Of a stretch of 32,000 bases of DNA, positions 9,532-16,455 are shown in pieces (the first letter of the stretch is position 1; every line of letters begins with the position of its first letter). The notes below the pieces were generated by a model, which did no database searches, was not told where the DNA came from, and was given only the letters and a program-made list of their open reading frames with translations. The stretch is taken from positions 1,410,001 through 1,442,000 of the forward strand of contig NZ_CP011304.1 of assembly GCF_000981785.2 (NCBI RefSeq). The letters run 5' to 3'. This DNA comes from Microcystis aeruginosa NIES-2549 (GTDB lineage: Bacteria; Cyanobacteriota; Cyanobacteriia; Cyanobacteriales; Microcystaceae). Position numbers and translations under genes: made by a program.

Positions 9532-10515
9532 ATGAACCAAACAACCGCCAATTATGATGAACCCTGGAAAGAAGCATTAAGCGAGTATTTTGAAGCGTTT
9601 TTATACTTCTTTTTTCCCGAAGTTCACCAACTAATTGATTGGACAAAAACTCCCGAATCCCTAGAAAAAGAACTCAAACGGATTACCGCTTCAGCAAAGA
9701 CAAAAAAACGTTTTGCTGACAAACTTTATAAGGCTTGGCTACTTGAGGGACAAGAAGTCTGGATTTTGATTCATATTGAAATTCAAAGCCAGTACGAAGA
9801 AAATTTCCCTCAGAGGATGTATATTTATAACTATCGGGCCTTTGATTTGTATCAGAAACCGGTTATCAGTCTCGCTATATTAGGAGATGAACGAGTAAAT
9901 TGGCGACCAGATTCCTATAATTATACTATCGCTGGTTGTGAAGTCAGCCTCAAATTCCCAACGGTTAAATTACTGGACTATGAGGAAAACTGGTCAGAAC
10001 TAGAAACAAGTAGCAATCCCTTTGCTATAATAGTCATGGCACACCTGAAAACAAAAGCGACTACTGGGAAGCTGCCACAACGGGAACAGTGGAAGTGGAA
10101 GTTAATCAGGGGATTATATGAAAAGGAGTTCGAGAGAGAACAGATAATTAAACTGTTTGAAATCATCGACAATATGATGACTTTATCCACTGAATTGCAG
10201 TCAAGTTTAGAAAGTAAAATCAAACAATTTGAGGAGGAAAGAACCATGCCTTTAATGAGTAATATGGAGTTACGAGGAATCGAACGCGGTAAAGAAATTG
10301 GCAAGGAAATTGGCAAGGAAATTGGGGTGCTAGAAAAAAGCCGCGATGACATAAAAACAGTTTTAACTGTGCGGTTTGGAGAGATTTCTTCAGAAATTGA
10401 AGAGATAATCGGCAAAATGACTAACCCTACTATCTTAGAAGAGCTACTAAAATTAGCAGCTACCGCTAATTCTCTCGCAGAATTTCAGCAGTCTTTGGCT
10501 AAAATCAATATCTAG
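9532..10515 (+). CDS. Rpn-family (YhgA-like) PD-(D/E)xK recombination-promoting nuclease / putative transposase, tail type C1 (DUF4351-like)
   Basis: 327 aa. YDEPWKEALSEYFEAFLYFFFPEVH...FADKLYKAWL...VWILIHIEIQSQ is the typical cyanobacterial Rpn N-terminal nuclease core. The C-terminus RFGEISSEIEEIIGKMTNPTILEELLKLAATANSLAEF looks DUF4351-like. Confidence 0.8.
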   Translation: MNQTTANYDEPWKEALSEYFEAFLYFFFPEVHQLIDWTKTPESLEKELKRITASAKTKKRFADKLYKAWLLEGQEVWILIHIEIQSQYEENFPQRMYIYNYRAFDLYQKPVISLAILGDERVNWRPDSYNYTIAGCEVSLKFPTVKLLDYEENWSELETSSNPFAIIVMAHLKTKATTGKLPQREQWKWKLIRGLYEKEFEREQIIKLFEIIDNMMTLSTELQSSLESKIKQFEEERTMPLMSNMELRGIERGKEIGKEIGKEIGVLEKSRDDIKTVLTVRFGEISSEIEEIIGKMTNPTILEELLKLAATANSLAEFQQSLAKINI

Positions 10516-10542
10516 AAAACGGGTTTCTTTGAGAACCTATTT

Positions 10543-10575
10543 AGAAACCGGGTTTCTTCGAGAAACCCGGTTTCT
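10543..10575. terminator. perfect 15-bp-stem hairpin (AGAAACCGGGTTTCT tcg AGAAACCCGGTTTCT) between convergent genes; putative bidirectional terminator or dispersed hairpin repeat
   Basis: The arms are exact reverse complements. It lies between the Rpn stop (10515) and the vapC stop (10583). There is no flanking T-run, so a terminator function is only inferred. Confidence 0.4.
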
Positions 10576-10582
10576 GGACTTA

Positions 10583-10987
10583 TTAACGAATAAAATTAAT
10601 CTGACAAATATTAAGAGGAATAATCGGTTCAAATTCTTTTCGGTCAGAAGTAAGTAAAATTCCTTTTTCTTGATTGGCTAAAGTCAAAGCAAAACAATCA
10701 GCTAAAGAAATGCGCTTAATTAGTGCCTTATATTGGCTTACTTGTCGCCAAAACTTGCTACTTAAATCAAAGCGAGTTTTTATGTTAATATCACTTAATT
10801 CTTGAATTAGTTTTTCTGTTTCTGATTCTCCTATATCGCGATAAAAATTATAGTAAACTTCGCAAAGATTAACAACATGAATCATTTTGTTATTATTTTG
10901 ATTAGTGATGGTTTCTCTGACAAGATCCGCTCCTGTTTCATTACGAACAAAAGCAATTACAGCACAAGCATCTAAAATGATATTCAT
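10583..10987 (-). CDS. vapC: PIN-domain toxin VapC
   Basis: 134 aa with PIN acidic residues in the expected contexts (IILDACAVIA, NLCEVYY, SLADCFAL, LLTSDRKEF). ATGA start/stop overlap with the upstream antitoxin. Confidence 0.85.
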   Translation of the reverse strand: MNIILDACAVIAFVRNETGADLVRETITNQNNNKMIHVVNLCEVYYNFYRDIGESETEKLIQELSDINIKTRFDLSSKFWRQVSQYKALIKRISLADCFALTLANQEKGILLTSDRKEFEPIIPLNICQINFIR

Positions 10988-11244
10988 CTATTACGCTCCT
11001 CCCAATCAATTTCTGCTTGTTTTTGTTGGGCAAAATCTTCACTACTGGTGGGTGCATGAGCATATTTACCTTGTAATGATTTAATTAACTGTTGTCTTTC
11101 TTCTTCTGATTTAGGTTTAATTTGAGGCAAAAAATTTTGCTCGATTAACTCTCTAATTTGCAATAATTGTTCGCCAGAAAGATTAGCTAATGATTCAATT
11201 ATTTGTTGACGTATTGCTGTAGCATTCATGATTATTACTGACAA
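10984..11244 (-). CDS. putative VapB-type antitoxin
   Basis: 86 aa, small and acidic. It is translationally coupled to vapC by a 4-bp overlap (10984..10987). The family is not firmly recognised. Confidence 0.6.
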   Translation of the reverse strand: MSVIIMNATAIRQQIIESLANLSGEQLLQIRELIEQNFLPQIKPKSEEERQQLIKSLQGKYAHAPTSSEDFAQQKQAEIDWEERNR

Positions 11245-11499
11245 TTAAGTATAAAAAGTTACTATGGTTACAATCTATCACAAAAAATGCTAATTGGCCA
11301 GCAAACCTCTAAAATTAAGCAAATAACTGCCTCGCTTTGACGTTAGCGATCGCATCTTCGCAATAACTGAGAAAACGGGTTTCTTAGAAAACGGGTTTCT
11401 TTGAGAAACCCGTTTTCTGTTAATTTTTGTTATATCCCCCTTGAAAAATTCGGGATTCTTTGCACAAAATAGTCGAAGTCATCCTTTGCGGTCAATGTC

Positions 11500-11823
11500 A
11501 TGACTTCTACCCTGTTGCCGATTTTTCCTGCTGTTGACGATGTTTTGTTCAATTTTGCTCAATCTGATGGCTTGAGTCAAGCTAATCAGGTGAATAGTGT
11601 GAGAAATCAGCGTTTAACCGCTACCGTAGTTTTCCTCGATGCTGGTGTTAGCGATTATCAAAGTCTCCAAGCTGGGGTAATTCCAGAAGTCGCCACTGTT
11701 ATTCTCTCTCCCAACGAAGACGGAATCGAACAAATATCCGCTTTTTTACAACAAAATCCCCAGATTACCACCACCACCTCTATTATTAAATCGGTGCGTT
11801 ACGCTATCGCGCTTCACCCCTAA
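11500..11823 (+). pseudogene. truncated 5' fragment of a DUF4347-domain giant protein gene (duplicate copy)
   Basis: MTSTLLPIFPAVDDVLFNFAQSDG...VVFLDAGVSDYQSLQAGV parallels 14182... Homology is lost at about 11780, where unrelated sequence leads into the second Rpn gene. Confidence 0.7.
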
Positions 11824-11842
11824 GAGTAAGCGGACAACTCAA

Positions 11843-12829
11843 ATGAACCAACCAACCGCCAATTATGATGAACCCTGGAAAGAAGCATTAAGCGAGTATT
11901 TTGAAGCGTTTTTATGCTTCTTTTTTCCCGAAGTTCACCAAGTAATTGATTGGACAAAAATTCCCGAATCCCTAGAAAAAGAACTGAAACGTATTACCGC
12001 TTCAGCTAAGACAAAAAAACGTTTCGCAGACAAACTCTATAAAGTTTGGTTACTCAGGGGTGAAGAAGTCTGGATTTTGATTCATATTGAAATTCAAAGC
12101 CAGTACGAAGAAAATTTCCCTCAGAGGATGTATATTTATAACTATCGGGCCTTTGATTTGTATCAGAAACCGGTTATCAGTCTCGCTATATTAGGAGATG
12201 AACGAGTAAATTGGCGACCAGATTCCTATAATTATACTATCGCTGGTTGTGAAGTCAGCCTCAAATTCCCAACGGTTAAATTACTGGACTATGAGGAAAA
12301 CTGGTCAGAACTAGAAACAAGTAGCAATCCCTTTGCTATAATAGTCATGGCACACCTGAAAACAAAAGCGACTACTGGGAAGCTGCCACAACGGGAACAG
12401 TGGAAGTGGAAGTTAATCAGGGGATTGTATGAAAAGGAGTTCGAGAGAGAACAGATAATTAAACTGTTTGAAATCATCGACAATATGATGACTTTATCCA
12501 CTGAATTGCAGTCAAGTTTAGAAAGTAAAATCAAACAATTTGAGGAGGAAAGAACCATGCCTTTAATGAGTAATATGGAGTTACGAGGAATCGAACGCGG
12601 TAAAGAAATTGGCAAGGAAATTGGCAAGGAAATTGGAGCGTTAGAAAATGCTCGTGATTTTGTGAAAAAAGTTTTGGAAAACCGACTAGGCGATATTCCT
12701 GGAGATATTGGACAATGTCTCAATGATGCTTCAGTTATTTCGGTTTTAGAAGAGATGTTAAAAGCCGCACTTATAGTAAATTCTTTTGAGGAGTGTAGGA
12801 AGTCTTTTAGTATCATCATAAATAAGTAG
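11843..12829 (+). CDS. Rpn-family PD-(D/E)xK nuclease / putative transposase, tail type C2
   Basis: 328 aa. The N-terminal ~265 aa are near-identical to the 9532 copy. The tail after the KEIG repeat is unrelated (ALENARDFVKKVLENRLGDIPGDIGQCLNDASVISVLEEMLKAALIVNSFEEC). Confidence 0.8.
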   Translation: MNQPTANYDEPWKEALSEYFEAFLCFFFPEVHQVIDWTKIPESLEKELKRITASAKTKKRFADKLYKVWLLRGEEVWILIHIEIQSQYEENFPQRMYIYNYRAFDLYQKPVISLAILGDERVNWRPDSYNYTIAGCEVSLKFPTVKLLDYEENWSELETSSNPFAIIVMAHLKTKATTGKLPQREQWKWKLIRGLYEKEFEREQIIKLFEIIDNMMTLSTELQSSLESKIKQFEEERTMPLMSNMELRGIERGKEIGKEIGKEIGALENARDFVKKVLENRLGDIPGDIGQCLNDASVISVLEEMLKAALIVNSFEECRKSFSIIINK

Positions 12830-13197
12830 TGTGGGTAATACCTACCTTACTTAGTAAACTGTTTGAAATCATCGACAATATGATGACTTTATCCCCTGAA
12901 TTACAGTCAAGTTTAGAGAGTAAAATCAAACAATTTGAGGAGGAAAGAACCATGCCTTTAATGAGTAATATGGAGTTACGAGGAATAGAACGCGGTAAGG
13001 AAATTGGAGCGTTAGAAAAAAGCCGCGATGACATAAAAACAGTTTTAACTGTGCGGTTTGGACAAATTTCTTCAGAAATTGAAGAGATAATCGGCAAAAT
13101 GACTAACTCGACTATCTTAGAAGAGCTACTAAAATTAGCAGCTACTGCTAATTCTCTCGCAGAATTTAAGCAGTCTTTGGCTAAAATCAATATCTAG
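12829..13197 (+). CDS. orphan Rpn C-terminal (C1-type, DUF4351-like) fragment; possibly a stand-alone small protein from ATG 12880
   Basis: Homologous to the last ~120 codons of the 9532 gene (KLFEIIDNMMTLSPELQ...LAEFKQSLAKINI). The frame is open, with in-frame ATG ATG at 12880..12885. It begins about 25 bp after the stop of the second Rpn gene. Confidence 0.55.
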   Translation: MWVIPTLLSKLFEIIDNMMTLSPELQSSLESKIKQFEEERTMPLMSNMELRGIERGKEIGALEKSRDDIKTVLTVRFGQISSEIEEIIGKMTNSTILEELLKLAATANSLAEFKQSLAKINI

Positions 13198-13224
13198 AAA
13201 ACGGGTTTCTTTGAGAACCTATTT

Positions 13225-13257
13225 AGAAACCGGGTTTCTTCGAGAAACCCGGTTTCT
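13225..13257. terminator. duplicate of the 15-bp-stem hairpin at 10543..10575
   Basis: Identical sequence at offset +2682, between the orphan Rpn tail and the second vapC. Confidence 0.4.
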
Positions 13258-13264
13258 GGACTTA

Positions 13265-13669
13265 TTAACGAATAAAATTAATCTGACAAATATTAAGAGG
13301 AATAATCGGTTCAAATTCTTTTCGGTCAGAAGTAAGTAAAATTCCTTTTTCTTGATTGGCTAAAGTCAAAGCAAAACAATCAGCTAAAGAAATGCGCTTA
13401 ATTAGTGCCTTATATTGGCTTACTTGTCGCCAAAACTTGCTACTTAAATCAAAGCGAGTTTTTATGTTAATATCACTTAATTCTTGAATTAGTTTTTCTG
13501 TTTCTGATTCTCCTATATCGCGATAAAAATTATAGTAAACTTCGCAAAGATTAACAACATGAATCATTTTGTTATTATTTTGATTAGTGATGGTTTCTCT
13601 GACAAGATCCGCTCCTGTTTCATTACGAACAAAAGCAATTACAGCACAAGCATCTAAAATGATATTCAT
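13265..13669 (-). CDS. vapC: PIN-domain toxin VapC (second copy, identical protein)
   Basis: Protein identical to 10583..10987. Confidence 0.85.
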   Translation of the reverse strand: MNIILDACAVIAFVRNETGADLVRETITNQNNNKMIHVVNLCEVYYNFYRDIGESETEKLIQELSDINIKTRFDLSSKFWRQVSQYKALIKRISLADCFALTLANQEKGILLTSDRKEFEPIIPLNICQINFIR

Positions 13670-13926
13670 CTATTACGCTCCTCCCAATCAATTTCTGCTT
13701 GTTTTTGTTGGGCAAAATCTTCACTACTGGTGGGTGCATGAGCATATTTACCTTGTAATGATTTAATTAACTGTTGTCTTTCTTCTTCTGATTTAGGTTT
13801 AATTTGAGGCAAAAAATTTTGCTCGATTAACTCTCTAATTTGCAATAATTGTTCGCCAGAAAGATTAGCTAATGATTCAATTATTTGTTGACGTATTGCT
13901 GTAGCATTCATGATTATTACTGACAA
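13666..13926 (-). CDS. putative VapB-type antitoxin (second copy, identical protein)
   Basis: Protein identical to 10984..11244, with the same 4-bp overlap with vapC. Confidence 0.6.
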   Translation of the reverse strand: MSVIIMNATAIRQQIIESLANLSGEQLLQIRELIEQNFLPQIKPKSEEERQQLIKSLQGKYAHAPTSSEDFAQQKQAEIDWEERNR

Positions 13927-14181
13927 TTAAGTATAAAAAGTTACTATGGTTACAATCTATCACAAAAAATGCTAATTGGCCAGCAAACCTCTAAAATTAA
14001 GCAAATAACTGCCTCGCTTTGACGTTAGCGATCGCATCTTCGCAATAACTGAGAAAATGGGTTTCTCCTTTAAGTAAGAAACCCGGTTTCTTGTATAAAT
14101 GTTAATTTTTGTTATATCCCCCTTGAAAAATTCGGGATTCTTTGCACAAAATAGTCGCATTAATCTTTTGCAGTCAGTGTC

Positions 14182-14601
14182 ATGACTTCTACCCTTTTGC
14201 CGAGCCTTTCTGCTGTTGACGATGTTTTGTTCAATTTTGCTCAATCTGATGGCTTTGTTCAAGCTAATCAGGTGGATAGTGCGAGAAATCAGCGTTTAAC
14301 CGCTACCGTAGTTTTCCTCGATGCTGGTGTTAGCGATTATCAAAGTCTCCAAGCTGGAGTAATTTCAGAAGTCGCCACCGTTATTCTCACTCCCAATCAA
14401 GACGGAATCGAACAAATATCCGCTTTTTTACAACGAAATCCCCAGATTACCACCATTCACCTGGTTTCCCATGGTGCGCCGGGATGCTTATATTTAGGGA
14501 ATTGTCAACTTAATTTAACAAATATTTACGATTATCGCCAACAGTTACAGAATTGGGCGAAGATTAATCATATTCTACGGCGTTGTCAAATTGAAAGATG
14601 A
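14182..14601 (+). pseudogene. DUF4347-domain N-terminal fragment of the giant exoprotein gene
   Basis: VVFLDAGVSDYQSLQAGV...IHLVSHGAPGCLYLGNCQLNL is the DUF4347 core. The frame terminates at 14601, inside a small inverted-repeat element, where the domain would normally continue. Confidence 0.7.
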
Positions 14602-14679
14602 TCAGAATCAGCTGGGAACTGAAATCACTTTGATAGCAAGGATTGCATTGCATCTTTCATATTCTGATCTGACAACGCC
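14579..14679. repeat. ~101-bp inverted-repeat (MITE-like?) element at the break in the DUF4347 gene
   Basis: Terminal IR GGCGTTGTCA (14579..14588) pairs with TGACAACGCC (14670..14679). It extends to GATCAGAAT/ATTCTGATC if an 11-nt indel is allowed. Confidence 0.3.
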
Positions 14680-14766
14680 AATCCTTATGAACTCTGAGAT
14701 TGATATTCTCAATCTTAATTGAGATGACTATATTTGTCTTGTAGCAAGGTTTAATACGTTTCTGCC

Positions 14767-16455
14767 ATGGATACCTACTCCCCCGCCTTACGCTCTGCTG
14801 TTGCTGATGTTCTCCAATCCCTAGGGGATTTTGCCGCTGATCCTCTCTTTGCGGAAAAGTTTAAGCTAGTTTTTGGCACGGAGATTACGCCACGACGGTT
14901 CCGTGCGTTAACGTCCCCCGGAAATCTGCCGGAAGTTGAAATCCTAGCGGATGGGATTTTAGACGGCGCGGTAGGGGCTTTTTCGGCCCAGACAGGCAAG
15001 ATCTATCTGTCGGAGTCGGTGGTTAATGGGGATGCGGGGCGCTTGCGGGCGGTGTTGTTAGAGGAGATTGGGCATTATTTGGATTTGGTGGTTAACGCTC
15101 AGGATACAACCGGGGATGAGGGTGAGTTGTTTTCGGCGCTGGTGCGGGGTGTTGAGATTGGCAGTGGGGAATTGCGTCGCCTACAGACAGAGGATGATTG
15201 GGCGGTCATTACCATTGATGAGCAGTTGGTCGCAGTAGAGCAGGCGACAACTAATCTGGGTTTAAGGCAAGGATATGGCTATCGAGATGATTCCGTCACG
15301 ACATCAGACTCCGGCGATATCTGGATTTTTTCGACCACCGGTCAGGGAAATAGTAATCATTACGTCCAAGTGTCCTCTACCGCAACGAACGTTGATCTGG
15401 TACTAGACCTTTATAATCACTCTACCGGCCAGCTTTTAGTTCGCGCAGACGATTATGGCTCAAATTATAATTTAGAGGGCATTTCCCTTGCAGATCTTCC
15501 TGCTGGAACCTATTCTGCTGTTGTTTATAACTATTACGGTGCTAACATTGGTTGGCCAGGCTCGGCTGGCTACCGACTAGAGATTAATGCGCCCCAGTCG
15601 GATTTGTGGCCTGTACCGTTGGAGTTGATTATTTCCACGACGCCGGGGAACTCGACCCAAGCCACCCAGATCACCTCGACTAATACTCTCTATATCGACG
15701 GCGCTTGGCAGAATATCGGCAGTGGCAGTACGGTATCGGGCTTTTGGAGCCGTTTACTTCTGAATGGAACCCAGATTGCTTCTTGGAATAACCTTGCGTT
15801 TAGCGCTGGCGACTTTGACTACTTCACCGACTTCGCTCTTGGCCCTCTAGCACCGGGCAACTATACCCTGACCTTACAGGTTGACTCTACCAATGCGGTT
15901 TTTGAGAGTGACGAGTCGAATAACACATATTCTCGCACGTTTACAGTCACAGCACCGAGTATTCCTCAAGATGGATACGAATCCAATAACACCCTCGCGA
16001 CGGCAAGAAATCTCGGAACCCTGAGCGGATTAAGCGCCCTGCAAAATCTGACCATTCACAGTTCTACAGATACCGACTTTTTCCGCTTTACCACGGCGGG
16101 AACCTCCACCGATGAACACTATATCGCCGCTTTCTTTAATGGCGCTCAGGGGATTATTGATCTTAATTTCTTTGACAGCGCCGGTAACTTTCTGTTCTAT
16201 GCTCTGGGAGAAGGGTCTGGCTACAACTATGTTCCCCTAGGCGGTTTACCGGCGGGGACCTACGTTGTCCAGTTGGGGAGTTATGCTGGGCAGACCAGTC
16301 CTGGTTATTTACTGGAATTTAATCTGCCAGTGGCTTTTACGACTACAGGTGATCGCCTAGAAACCAGTGGCAATTCTAATAGACCTCTCCATAATTTAAT
16401 TAAATCACAATATATAGGATATAATAAAACAAATAGTAACTCAAAAAAGCCATGA
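14767..16455 (+). CDS. 5' portion of the giant exoprotein (conserved EEIGH module, 2 PPC domains, CARDB domain), truncated by IS insertion at 16380/16381
   Basis: AVLLEEIGHYLD...TGDEGELFSALV is the module that commonly follows DUF4347. The CARDB-like region (about 15607..15952) carries ESDESNNT. PPC motifs are present (TDTDFFRFTTAG...GTYVVQL). The last 25 codons are IS-encoded. Confidence 0.8.
   Translation: MDTYSPALRSAVADVLQSLGDFAADPLFAEKFKLVFGTEITPRRFRALTSPGNLPEVEILADGILDGAVGAFSAQTGKIYLSESVVNGDAGRLRAVLLEEIGHYLDLVVNAQDTTGDEGELFSALVRGVEIGSGELRRLQTEDDWAVITIDEQLVAVEQATTNLGLRQGYGYRDDSVTTSDSGDIWIFSTTGQGNSNHYVQVSSTATNVDLVLDLYNHSTGQLLVRADDYGSNYNLEGISLADLPAGTYSAVVYNYYGANIGWPGSAGYRLEINAPQSDLWPVPLELIISTTPGNSTQATQITSTNTLYIDGAWQNIGSGSTVSGFWSRLLLNGTQIASWNNLAFSAGDFDYFTDFALGPLAPGNYTLTLQVDSTNAVFESDESNNTYSRTFTVTAPSIPQDGYESNNTLATARNLGTLSGLSALQNLTIHSSTDTDFFRFTTAGTSTDEHYIAAFFNGAQGIIDLNFFDSAGNFLFYALGEGSGYNYVPLGGLPAGTYVVQLGSYAGQTSPGYLLEFNLPVAFTTTGDRLETSGNSNRPLHNLIKSQYIGYNKTNSNSKKP

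Larger units (their letters stand above)
9532..14462. repeat. imperfect tandem segmental duplication of an Rpn / vapBC / DUF4347-5' unit
   Basis: 9532..10325 matches 11843..12636 (offset 2311). 10150..11780 matches 12856..14462 (offset 2706, falling to 2682 after a 24-bp repeat-number difference). The vapBC copies encode identical proteins. Confidence 0.9.

Noticed and set aside
9404-9646. Minus-strand ORF of 80 aa overlapping the first Rpn start
   Set aside because: It spans intergenic sequence plus the antisense of the conserved Rpn N-terminus. It has no motif support and no counterpart upstream of the second Rpn copy.
9978-13190. Minus-strand ORFs 9978-10415, 12289-12819 and 12816-13190 (ISLPISLPISLP-containing)
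   Set aside because: They are antisense shadows of the Rpn genes and the orphan tail. The ISLP repeat is simply the reverse-complement reading of the KEIG microsatellite. They recur only because the sense genes are duplicated.
13972-14262. Minus-strand ORF of 96 aa between vapB copy 2 and DUF4347
   Set aside because: It runs through the hairpin-repeat patch and the antisense of the DUF4347 start. The equivalent region in copy 1 has no such ORF, so it is not conserved even within this window.
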